Origin: Lytechinus pictus
Taxonomy: Eukaryota
Reading direction: 5' to 3'
DNA: 64,000 bases
Assembly (NCBI RefSeq): GCF_037042905.1
Contig: NC_087251.1
Span: 11,348,001 to 11,412,000, forward strand
Positions 10,229 through 24,000 of the stretch are shown here, piece by piece; position 1 is the first letter of the stretch; each line of letters begins with the position of its first letter. The position numbers and the translations under genes are program-made. Below the pieces are notes generated by a model. The model was not told where the DNA came from. It saw only the letters and a program-made list of their open reading frames with translations, and did no database searches.

Positions 10229-13200
10229 GTTAGTGTGCTTAACATAATCATGTAAATTTTTGATGCATATTTTTCGTGAAATAATGACTCTGATCGAATT
10301 TTGTCCGAAAACCCAGCACGACTGGTCTTGCAGAATTATCTCACCGGCTGTGCAAGGTCACACCAGGCCGTTGCACTGGCTGGCTACGTGACTCGTGTCC
10401 GTACCGTTAAAACTTCAGCGCCTTTGTTTATGTCAAGTCCGACGTCAAGCCTCTGAATCTAGGCACACATCGGCACTGGCACTGCTTCCTTCTTTGTTTT
10501 TTTTTTGTTTACTCATACTATGGTCATGATGGTTTCTTTGATTTGAATGAACTTTTACATTTTTAGGAAAATTAGAGACGAGGGTCGAGGGCAGGCATGG
10601 CAGCTGGCAGGGCAGGCTTTGAAAAAAATTGAATCATTTGCAGTTTAAATTTTGACTTGAGTTAGCTCAGTAGCTGGCATTGGTATAACCCAGGGAACTC
10701 CCGCCCGCTGCGCGGGCGGGAGCCCAGGGGCTTACCGTGTATTTGACCATACTCACGGGACTAGCGTGATTTATGATTATGGTCTAAATATTTCTCCAAA
10801 TGAATTGTGAAAACAGAAATTATGCACTTACCACGATTATATGGATGAAGGTCTAACGAGTGGCAGTTTCTTGACATCGAGGCACAGACTGGAACTTCAA
10901 AAAAACGAAGAAAAGTTCTCTCCTTCTACCCCAGTCTCGATCGGCCATTTTGTTATGATTCATAACAAAAATGGCCGATCGATGAGTTACGTTATGAGAC
11001 TCCATTTTGTAGAACAATTTTATATAGAAAAATTATTATTTATGTAAAATGTACATTTTAGTTGGAAATAATTACTATTCTTAAGAGTATGTTTTATGGC
11101 TGAATGTTTGAGCATTGTCTAGGGTGTAGGCCTGTAAAAATCTCTTGAGACTGGAATATTTAGCTATTAAAGAAAGGTACTGGTATTCTTTTTAATTTTT
11201 GTCATCAGAAGCTTTTACTTAACATTTTTTAATCATTAAATTTTCCATGATTTTGGGATAGTAATTCCTTGAAAAAAATTTGTTAGAAATTCAGTGAAAA
11301 TCAAGTAGTCATCCATTAATAGCTCCCAAATGGTGTATAGCTTGAACAAATTAGAGGAAATAGCAACGTTTTAAAACATTTTTTATCGTGTTGAAATAAA
11401 TAAGAGGTTATTACTTTTGCCACTGCTTTTTTAAAACTTTTTTTTCTTTAAAAGAATTAATAGTTCCTTTTCATTTGAGTTTTTTAAATTTTCTTTCTTT
11501 CTCCTTCATTTTTCCTAAAATAGTCTTTAACAAAGTCACATATATATTTATAGTACCTTTTTTCTATTTTTTCTTTGTAAATGCAGGGAGATCAACCTTG
11601 GGTCGTCATGTATCATTTCTATGGAGGATAAGAAAACTAGTATCACAAATCTAAAGGTAAGATTTCGGATTATTAAACTGATGTTCCTGGATTTTAAAGG
11701 TCAAGTCCACCTCAGAAAAATGTTGATTTGAATCAATAGAGAAAAATCAGACAAGCACAATGCTGAAAATTTCATCAAAATCGGATGTAAAATAAGAAAG
11801 TCATGACATTTCAAAGGTTCGCTTATTTTTAACAAAATAGTTATATTAAAGAGCCAGTTACATCCAAATGAGAGAGTCGATGATGTCACTCACTCACTAT
11901 TTCTTTTGTTTTTTATTGTTTGAATTATGCAATATTTCAATTTTTATGAATTTGACGATTAGGACCTCCTTGCCTGAAGCACAAAATGTTCAAATAATGG
12001 AATTCCACGTGTTCAGGGAGGAATGAAACTTCATTTCACATGACAATGCGAGAAAATAAAAATATTTCATATTTCATATAATAAAATACAAAAGAAATAG
12101 TGAGTGGGTGATGTCATCAGTTCCTCATTTGCATACCGATCGAGATGTGCATATAACTGTTTTGTGAAATGAAGCGAAACTTTAAAATGCCATAACTTTC
12201 TTATTTTACATCCGATTTTGATGAAATTTTCAGTGTTATGCTTGTGGAATTTTTGTCTTTTTATTCAAATCAACTTTTTGTTGGGGTGGACTTGTCCTTT
12301 AAAACTAAATAAAAGTACCAATGCCTTGTGGAAAATTGTCAACCCTATTTGCAAAGTCCTTTGGAGAGGCCTGTCACCCATCAGTCCTCTGCTTGCTTCT
12401 AGCCATATACCTCGATGGCAATTCAAACTTTTTTTTCTATATTACTAGGCATCCTGATTGAACCTTGTAATAAGTAGGTAATTTGAAAATCAGGTGGCAG
12501 AAAAAAAATCTAACCTTACTTATTTGAAGTCAATACCATAATAAAACTTCAGGAGATCCTTTATTTGACAGCAGCAAGTGTAGCTCACTTTGCTGCTTGC
12601 TTCCTCTGTAATAAAGTACAGTGAGATAAGAGTCGAAAATTAGTTTAGACTTTGTACACATCTAGACTTGATGACATTCTAGTTGTCAAAGTGTGATAAG
12701 GGAAAATGGGAGTGTCAAACATTGTACATGTATGCAAGGAAAGCATAGCTGAGTTTTATTAGCCATTAATGCTGAATTGACCTGGACTTTTTATTGATGT
12801 TTGGAAGTTTTCATCTCAAAATAATCACCCATTGTTGTTTTTTGTTGAATGTGGATCAACATACAGTTGGATCAATTTCACTCAGATATGGGTGACAGAT
12901 TTGTCTGTACATACTATCAACACCTTTCTTGTTACATATAAAGTGAGAACTGAATTCATTTTGGTAAATTAGATAATGGTATACTGTAAAATAATTCCAT
13001 ATCACTTTCTTGGAAGAATGTTTGACATTTGATTCAGCCTTCCATTTACTCGCATACAACAAGCTAAGTAGGCGTTGTGCAATATGGGCTACAGATAATA
13101 AATGGCCATAATATCTGAATGAAAATTGCTACCATTCGCCGGTTACCTTGGCAGAGCTTCATACATTATGCCTCACATTGCAGAGTGTGCATCATATTTA

Positions 13201-16200
13201 ATATTATATTACCTGTTAGTTCCTAATCAGCTACATTTATATTTAAAGTGGTGGTACTCTATAGCTGTTTCATGATCGTTTGGTGGCATCATAATAATTG
13301 GCAATGTTTCATTTGAAAATGTTTCAAAGATAATCTTTGACATGTACTTTAAGAAAGTTTTGTTTATCATGCATACTTTTGAAAGTATCTTTAAATCTTA
13401 TAATCCCAATCAACTTTAATACATTTTGGACTTGTACAATTTGTCCTTGTATGTTCATTGAACAAGATGTATCTGCAGTCAATTCTTATGTGTACCAGTG
13501 TATATGTTATGCTAGACATGAGTTATTTAACTGATGTTGGTGTCAACATTGTTAGTAGTTTTTTTCTTGTTTTCATTTCACTATGAAGTAATACTGTCCC
13601 CAAGATTGACACTTGACAGCTGGTGGTATTTATCAGTAATTTTTGAAAATACCCTATACTTGACCGTCCATGAATCTGGTTAATAAATTTTGTGGGGAAT
13701 GATGTGCTACATAGTTTGCATCCAGTCATGTGGATTGAGCCAAAACAAAGCTGGTGGGCAATAGTCCACCAACCGCCCCCTTTCTTTATCATGCATGCAC
13801 TAATGAAAACTATTCAATGATTCATCAGTTGGATCTGAAATGTACATTGTAATTTTTGTAAATGATTTTTAAATGTTTTGTGGTGAGAAATTTTAGTACC
13901 ACAAATAAAGTTTGTTCTTGGTTATGATGTTCAAACAAATAATTCACAAGTATGAATGTGCTACAATGGTATTATATTTGCAAAAGCCTATGCCATGGAT
14001 GAAAATATGTAGGCATTTTCAATGTTACTTAAACTTGTAAATGTTAATTGTACCTAAGATTGTTCTTACCCAAAAGCAAATTTTAGTATTTCATGGGGAA
14101 AACAAAACCAAAACAAGATGAAAATATGTTCATTCAGTTAAATGTTTACTTTTCTGTAATTGTTTCACATTGCAGTGTAGGACAATAAAATGTGGAGTTC
14201 TTATTTTTCTGCCAAAACAAAGCTCACTTAAGATCTTGAGATTGTATCAGTTTTAATTCTAATGGCCTGATATGAGGTACTATTAAAATACAAGTCCACC
14301 CCAACAAAAGTTGATTTGAATAAAAACAGAAAAATCCAACAAGCATAACACTGAAAATTTCATCAAGATCAGATGTAAAATAGGAAAGTTATGACATTTT
14401 AAAGTTTTGCTTAATTTCACAAAACAAGTTTTTTATGCACATCCCGGTCGGGAACTGATGACATCACTTACTCTATTTCTTTAGTATTTTATTATATGAA
14501 ATATTCTAATTTTCTCCTCATTGTCCCGTGAAACAAACTTTTATTTCTCCCTGAACATGTTGAATTACCATTGCTTAGCATTTTGAATATGGTTCAGTCA
14601 AGTTGGTCCTCATTGTCAAATCTGCAAAAATTGAAATAATGTATAATTCAAACAATTAAAAACAAAAGAAATTGTGAGTGAGGGACATCATCAATTCTCT
14701 CGTTTGCATGTGACTAAATTGTGCATATAACTATTTTTTTTGAAAAATAAGCGAAACTTTAAAATGTCATAACTTATTTTACATCCGATTTTGATGAAAT
14801 TTTCAGCGTAATGATCGTCTGATTTTTCTCTATTGATTCAAATCAACATTTTTCTGAGGTGGACTTGACCTTTTTCTCTTTGTGAAACCATGGATCCTAA
14901 TAGGATCCATGGTGAAACCATACAGAGATGTCTTTGGGTGCGTTTATCCGCCACTTTTTTACACTAGAATCATGATCTGAATCATGATTCAAATCACGAT
15001 TCTGCAGAATCACGATTGCGTTTAGTCGAAATTTACTATAATCATGATTAGAATCACAAACATGAAACACGAAAAAAGGGGCGTTTGGAAAGACGTTTCT
15101 GCAGAATCACGTACGAAAATGTTCGAATAAACGATATCGTGATTACAATCATGATTCTATGACCTCAGTGTTGTGTCGGGCTACTTTCGGTTTGACTCTT
15201 ACCAAGCTCAAGGCGCTCTATATGCTCATTGATTATGTACTATGCATGCATTTCTTGTCATGTTCAAGTTCTTTTTTGGTCATCGCATCGTCCACTACCT
15301 TTCATTTTTTGGTCATGTCTTCAACTTCAAGTTCTAGTAAATGAATTAACTGGACAGACAATGATCTCAGTTGTTGTTGAGTATACAGTATCAATATTAA
15401 ATTGGATCTACGCTGAAATTCACTTCCGAACACCATTTTGGATAAACTAACAAGATGAATAGAAGCATATGGACCCTATATGATATAAGTAAACAATTAA
15501 AATGAGGTATAGACTGAATTCTGGAAGCAAAAGATTTTTCGAGTGCCGAAACACGTGCGAAAAACTTCCTCTGTCAAACTGCGCACTAGTGATGCGCAAT
15601 GGATTGGCCCGAATCTGAGGAGAAACAGCATTGGAATGAAGGTCGTCTAAACGCTGATTCTGTGATATTGTGATTCATGTTTGTGTTTTGAATCATGATT
15701 CAAATCATGATTTAAATCATGATTCTGGCTTGAGGTCGCATAAACGCAGCCTTGGTCTATTGCATCCACAGGGAGAGGTTTCTTGAAGTTGAAATCATTG
15801 CATATGATTGGCTTGGAGCAAATTTGTTTTTGTATGAAATGTTTCTCTGAGGTACTCTGATGATTGGTTTGAACCTTGAGCTCTACATCTTGGTCAAATC
15901 CTATTTAGTAGTACATTGTATGAATAATCCTGTCTTTGTCTATGGCAGTAGAGGCAAGAAACAGTGGACAGCTACATAGGGGAAAACAAAGGAAGACTTA
16001 TAAACAGTAAAACCACAGGATTTAAAATGGCTTCTATAGCTTTGTATAAATGCCTTATTGTCTCCTGCTTATAATCTTCATCAGAATTGTGTTATTACAT
16101 AATGAACAATGGATGGAATGATTTATGCTACAGCGCTAAAATATAGAGCTCACTTGATCTTGTACTCTTATTCAGAGATATGAGCCTCAAGCACTGTCGT

Positions 16201-17989
16201 CTGTAGTAGTGCAGACTTGGAAAATTTAACATGAATGTACATTGTACATACATGCATTACAGGGATACGTATAATGTGTGTTTATCCCGGGGGGGCCACT
16301 TACATTGATGAGTGGATACCATGCGCGACCCCAAAAACACGTAAAAAGGATGTCTTTTTCAAGAATAGGGCACGTTACGTACGTAACGTGATAAGGGTGT
16401 CAAAAACACAAAAATAATGAAAAAAGGGTATCTTTTTCGCTAGGAAAGCTACGTGTTTAGGGTCAAATATGCAGGGATGATAAAACAAAATTAAAATGTT
16501 TTATAAAGGATGTCCTTTTTGCACCAACACTACGTGTTTAGAGTCCGATCTGCAAGAGGTGTGGAAGGTGGGGCCGTACTAAACCGGTGTGTAAAGGTAA
16601 AACCTACGACCGACGGACCGGTGACATAACAATAAAATATCGCTGTACTTGTTTAGGGGTTCATTTCAGGGAATACTTGCTAAGAGTATCATTTTGTTTC
16701 CAATACTTGTTAAGGGTAGGGTTTCAGACGCCAACACTTGTTAAGGGGTGCATTTTCAGAATATGGAAAATACGTGTTTAGGGTGCTTTTCGAGACTACA
16801 TGGTCGCGCATGGTATCCACTCGTCAATGGAAGTGGCCCCCCCGGGGTGTTTATAATAAAAGCTATCCATGAATTGAATTAATTTCATTTTTTTAGCTGT
16901 GACAGAATACACAGCATTATGTATACTGTGCACAGAAGCTTGGTCAATCCAGCTTGACTTCTAAATTAAATCAAGTTTTTATGTGATATACAGTGCGTCC
17001 CACAAAAAACGAAACCAAGATTTATTGATGATTTGTTTTGTTGACGATCAGCCATGCATGATTAAGTCTTTGTTAACCATGCGATAGCTTCTGTGGGAAA
17101 CCGGTGAAAACACGTTTATTTAATGAAATTATTGAAATACAAGCATTGTTTCGTGGGAACATAACTTTTTTACTTCTTGACCATTTTTGTGATTAAGGTA
17201 TCAAATAGAAGAGCAGATATTGAACTTTTTAGGCATGTGATTTTCTTTTTGAAATTCAGATACCCCCCGCCAAATGAGTTTTTGGTATCCTTTCTTCAAA
17301 TTGTTTTTGCTCACTCATGCGTGAATGAGGAATAATATAAGTAATATCAGATGAAAGAGGAGATTCTAAGCTTTACATTGGTAGGTCATTTATCTATTGT
17401 ATTTGTGATTAAGTTATGATAAATCGTCGTTTAGTCTCGGTTTCGTTTTTTCTGGGACGCACTGTACTGTACACTTGTGGTGTGTGCTGGACATTGTGAT
17501 TGTTAGAAAAAATTGTAATTACTATAAACTATTTCAAATGTATAGTGAGTGATTTAGAAACAAGATTATAGAGATGGAACTGATGCTTTAGGACATTATT
17601 TTTTTTTACATTTATTTAAAAATAAATAATGATAGTTTCAGTAGTTCAAGATTTCATGTGAGAGCATCAATCAGATAGTTTGGAAAAAAACTTACTTGTA
17701 AGTAAACTTGCTTAAAGACACCCTCCCCCATGCCTAGTTGAGTATTCCAAAATTCTTTCAGCGATCTTTCCATCAATTAAACAAAGAAGTTGAAGAACTG
17801 ACTTACTAAGCAGAGACAATAAATAGCATGGATTCTGTGATCTTCTGAATGTGGCATATATGTATTCTGTGTCTCTGTGGTATTCAGGTTATAAAACTAC
17901 AAGCGGTTTGTGACCATATTTGACCATCTGTGACACATTTTTGTCTCACCTGCATAGCAGAGTGAGACTATAGGCGCCGCTTTTCCGAC

Positions 17990-18020
<31 letters not shown>

Positions 18021-21000
18021 GCGGCGGCGGCGTCAACACCAAATCTTAACCTGAGGTTAAGTTTTTGAAATGACAGCATAACTTAGAAAGTATATGGACC
18101 TAGTTCATGAAACTTGGCCATAAGGTTAATCAAGTATTACTGAACATCCTGCCTGAGTTTCATGTCACATGACCAAGGTCAAAGGTCATTTAGGGTCAAT
18201 GAACTTAGACCATGTTGGGGGAATCAACATCAAAATCTTAACCTAAGGTTAAGTTTTTGAAATGTCATCATAACTTAGAAAATATATGGACCTAGTTCAT
18301 GAAACTTATACATAAGGTTAATCAAGTATCACTGAACATCCTGCATGAGTTTCACGTCACATGACCAAGGTCAAAGGTCATTTAGGGTCAATGAACTTTG
18401 GCCGAATTGGGGGTATCTGTTGAATTACCATCATAACTTTGAAAGTTTATGGATCTGATTCATGAAACTTGGACATAATAGTAATCAAGTATTACTGAAC
18501 ATCCTGTGCAAGTTTCAGGTCACATGATCAAGGTCAAAGGTCATTTAGGGTCAATGAACTTTGGCCAAATTGGGGTATTTGTTGAATTACAGCCATAAAT
18601 TTGAAAGTGTGTTGGTCTAGTTCATAAAACTTGGACATAAGAGTAATCAAGTATCACTGAACATCCTGTGCGAGTTTCAGGTCACATGATTAAGGTCAAA
18701 GGTCATGTAAGGTCAAAGAACTTTGGCCACGTTGGGGGTATTTGTTGAATTGCCATCATATCTCTATAAGTGTATTGGTCTAGTTCATAAAACGTGGAAA
18801 TAAGAGTAACCAAGTATCACTGAACATCTTGTGCGAGTTATAGTAGTTTTCAAAATCAGCACTGCTGCTATATTGAATCGCGTGATGCAGGTGAGACGGC
18901 CAGAGGCATTCCACTTGTTTACCTTAAACCTTTGACGCATCGTCTCAGTTGATGAGGTGTAGAGCTACAATTTTTATATGTCTAAAAAATTAATAGGATA
19001 CTTCTATTTGACTATCTGTATTCTGTACATGTATTTTTGTGGTGGATAATTTTTTATGAAAGGGAAAAGATGTTGGAAAAAACACATAAATTTTTGCTTG
19101 AAAAGCACTGGTCATTAGTTACATCATATTTTTTATCACACAATTAAGTAACTAGTTACATGTATATTTGTTTACCAGAATAAATGAAGAAAATCTAAAG
19201 GAACGGTTTGGGTGGAGGTTCCCCCAAAAGGCAAACTCACTGGATTTTCAGCAAATGTATCTGTGTTTGTTCGCCCAAACCATCTCAAATTAACATAATT
19301 TATTTATATCGAACAATGAATTAGATTAAGTAAAATCAAATGGTCAATGGAAAGAAAAAATACTGAATAATTTTCCAAAACCCTACTCATTATAGGCCTA
19401 CCTCCCACTTTCTTGAACAGCCCAAGTTATATTTCACTCAAATAAAATATTATTTCTAACCATTTGCATTATAAAAGGAGCCTGTATGATTCTTACAATA
19501 TTTTCTCAATTCTCACCATATACTGTATGGGCACTCTTCTGTAAATCTTGTGTTTTCTTTATTGAAAGTCTATGGTAATTCTTCTTACAGTGGTCACTTG
19601 AAAAATAATGTTCAATTTGTGCAATATGCATCATATTTATCAAATTTAATAGTGTTGCAAAGATTGGTTTGGATTGCATTTTCTATGTTCATTCAGAAGG
19701 CCTTATGAGATATTCAAGAGACTGGAGTTCTTCCATTCAATTGACAGTAGTTCCATGTTTAGTAGTAGATTTTAATTGGCCAGAATCTCTCAATGGCCAC
19801 CTTTCATAACAGTCCAGCCTTCAGTCCAGAATTTAATTGACATGAATTCTTCAATAGGTTTCTTGACCATTCATATACACCAAGGCTGTTTAGTGATGAC
19901 CATACCATTGCTCCTCACCTTGGAAAGTTGACCTCATTTAGGACACAAAAGACCATCATATACATGTGTTAGATTTGTGTTTTGTTGACAGGGGATATTA
20001 GCTGAACATATCTCCTCCCTGTATGGTTGTCATCGCCCTGTCATATATACACCTGTATGATGTCAGATAGTAAACTGATAGTTTGTAATTACTATAGCTA
20101 AAGAGAAATGAGATGATGTATAGTTTCTAAACATTGTAGATGTTCTTTCTTTATGGAGACTGCATAATCACAATATTCTATTTTGATTTATATTTATTTC
20201 ATTTATTTATTTTTTATTTATTTTATTAATTTTATTTTATTTTTTTATTCATTTTTTTAAATAGATTTTGTTATCCCTCACATTCATAAGATGATGTGTT
20301 ACACGATCAAACATCCATGCATGCTTCTTCTACAATCTAACCCCCCAAAAATGAATTTCATGGAATCTATTAATTAATACACAATACTGGGGGAACTGTT
20401 CACATACAATTACATACTGTAATATCTAAGAATTAAAGTTTTAGAAATTAACCCTTTGGTGGATGTTGACTAAACATTCAGTGACTATTGTAACAATATG
20501 TACATACATGTACTGTAAGTGTGAACTTCCCCTGTAGGGGTTTGGTTCTTGGGATGCACATGGGTGTGTTCACTTAATTTTCGTAAGCTTTTTTTATGTT
20601 TGTATTTTGAACATTTCTAATATTATATGACAATGAAAAATACAATGGAGTTTGTATGCAACCACATTTTGAACAAAACATCACTGAAAACTGTGATTCT
20701 CATATTCTTCTTGTACTGTTCTTGGATGTACAATTGTATGTGCCTGCTTTTTTATACAGGAAATATGCATTCACTGTATACTGGTACCCCACACTGTGAA
20801 CTCGTGATGTACAGTATACCGTGACATCACAATGGAAGATATCATAAATCTCTTGTTTATTTCAGACAGACACCCAATGTCATCATTTCCTCTCCCTTTA
20901 TGCATGATCTTGGTTTATAAGAAAAGGCTGTGTCACATATTGCTGTCTACTGAGATACAGTCAGCCTCTGTCTGAACAATTTTTTTGTCAGACAGTGCTA

Positions 21001-24000
21001 AATGACTGCATAGTCAATTTGAACATGTCCAAATTAGTAAATGTCTAATGCGTTGTCTTTCAGCTTATAGATTATGTCTATAAATCAGCTAAAGATAAAA
21101 GTTATGAAGTCCTTCAGGAGTGCATTTAATTAACACATGCCCTTGATTCTCTTACTGTATTGCTAGACCAGAAGGTGTTAATAAACATGACATTCAAAGC
21201 TGGGAAACATTTTACTGGGCACTTGATTTTTAGTTTTGAAAAAATTTGATTTTTCTAATATCCCTGAATAGAATTACATGTAAATTGTCATAATCTTGCA
21301 ATACTTGTATACATTATTGAAAGATTTCAAGTAATTTGTCTTATTTTAGAAATACAGAAATCCTATTGATGTGTGTAAGTGTACAAAGGCATACTATAAG
21401 AACATACCATAGAAATTGATATGAAAGTGCAGAGGATGAATGCATGGTATCTTAGCTAGCAGACTGAACTGTGATGTTAGGTCTAATCCCATTCAGGATC
21501 TATGGTGGCTTCAAAGTGTGGAGAAGTACTTCCTTAGTCGATATCTGTGACAGATCACATAGTATTACTCTGATAGCTCAAGATATCCTTCCTTCCTTCC
21601 TTAAACCAGGGGTGGATCCAGATTCCGCCAATAGGGGGGGGGGGGGGCCTGAAAATTTTTTCACCCATATTTTCCTGATCGGCCGCTCAAAGTTGATTTT
21701 CATTTGTTTCTTTGAAGGGGTTGTCCCAGTGGCGTAATGAGTCAAAAATATTGAGGGGGCTTGCTCCGGCGTATTGCACAAAATTAATAAGAATTTGCGA
21801 GCGAGCAAAAATTTTGAAATTTTTATTACAAAAATCAAAGTTTGTGATAGATTTTTACACAACACTTGGAAAAATAGGCCTATATTTCACCCTTATCCCT
21901 ATCCTTTTCTCTTTTTTTTTGTGGTCGTAAAAAATTGGGGGGGGGGGGGGCAAAACGCCCATGTCCTATAAACAGTAATTTCTTAGCTTTATTCGTATAA
22001 AGCAACATAAAAGTGTAATAATCTTATAAGCCCTATTTAAATAGTGCGAGCTAAACATTTTGGGAGTTTCATGTATTTTGTTCTGAAAATTGAACATTCT
22101 GGGCAATGTTTGTAAACTGAACAAGATGCGTATGAAACTAGATATTATTGTGAGCGCGAAGTGCGAGCAGAAATTTTTGATATTGGTTCTGGCTTGATAG
22201 AAAGGACGTTTTGCAGTTAGCCATTAAGACGATGCATATTTCAAATACATGTGTATTAAATAATGTGAGCGCAAAGCGCGAGCTGAAAATTTTTGGTTCT
22301 GGCTTGATCGAAAGGACGTTTTGCAGTTAGCCATTAAGACGATGCATATTTCAACTATTGAATAATGCGAGCGCGAAGCGCGAGCTGAAAATTTTTGACA
22401 TTCCGACCTAAATATTGACATTCTAAGCATTCTTTTTGTGTAATCATTAACGATATTGGTTAATAACCAAACAATTGATGCGAGCGCAGAGCGCGAGCGG
22501 AAAAAAAATATTTCAGACCTAAAAATGTACACCCTATTCATGTTTTGTAGATCATGGAAAAGGATGGGTAATTTGGTATCTTCATACATTAATAATGTGA
22601 GCGCAAAGTGCGAGCAGAAATTTTTTGATGTTCTGATCTGAAACCGGATAATTTTAGCATGCTTTGAATAAAGATCAAGCTGCGTATTTCAATAAACATG
22701 TGTGCGCATGTTTTATAGTTAGAATCTGGGCATTCTGAATACATTTCATTTTTTATCATGAAAATCAATAATGCGACCGCGAATCGTGAGCGAAAAATAT
22801 TTTATCCGGTATGAAAAGGGTGAATTTAAGCACTATCTTAAGCACTGTGTAGGAGAATCATGGGAATTGTTAGATGGATATGGATAGTACTTAATAAATG
22901 ATGCGAGTGCGTAGCGCGAGCTGATATTTTAAGATTATTTTGACCTAGGACTGGACATTGTATGCATAAGGACATTTTGTCATCATGTGAAAATAATGAC
23001 TATCTTCCTATTCTTCCTAAGTGCGATATGAAACTTGTCGATATTTCTTTCTGAAAAAGGGACAATTTAGTCATTAGGAATTCATGAAAATTTTATTATA
23101 TTTAGTAACGTAATAAGCCTAATGAGTGAGTGAAATTTGTAGACATTGAGGCCTGAAAATTGGATATTTTAAGCACTTTAATCATGAATAGGATTCATGA
23201 GTTGATATATGTGTAAAAATTGATGCGAGCGCAAATCGCGATACGAAATTTTTGATAAACTGTATATAAAAGGGGGATTTTAACTAGTTTGTTATAGAAT
23301 TAATACATAAAGAATCTTATGGAATAAACAAAGACAATATGTAGGCCTACTTGGCAAATCAAATAATACGAGCGCACAGTGGAAAAAGCTGCAAATGATA
23401 TTCACAATATATAACAGACATTTTACAGAACAATTAAAAAATCCATTTGTAAATCAAACAAAATGTTGAAAACTCGATCTCTGAGCTGAAATATGCCTTG
23501 TATATTGACTTCAAACCTTGATATTTTAAGCTACATATCAGCCTATTGAGCAAGATGTGTATCTCATCGAACATGAAATGCGAGCGTGAAGCGCGCGAAA
23601 ATATAATATGTACCGTGTTTACACTTAATCGGCATTTGAATCGGCTCGCGGTTCTGAACCGCGAGCCGATTCAGCATCGGCTTTTTCATAGCGTGTAAAC
23701 GCGAGCAACTTGAATCGGCTCGCTGTTCAGAACCGGCAATTTGCACCACCAAAGTAGTAGGTTCTGAACCGCGAGCCGATGCAGAATGGGCTTTTTTACT
23801 ACGTGTAAACAGAAAGTCGATTCTGCACCGGCAATTTGTGCGCATTTCAATTACTTTACCATTGTGACGTAATTGTAAGCGCACTGATCCAGAGTTGTCT
23901 TTATTATGACGTATATTGTAGGTATGCGTATAATTTCAGGTTTTTGCATCGGCTCGCGGTTCTGAACCGCGAGCTGTAACAACGTGTAAACGCAATCCAA

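Noticed and set aside
17897..18079. Poly-Ala ORF
   Set aside because: Antisense reading of the HINE (GGC)n microsatellite
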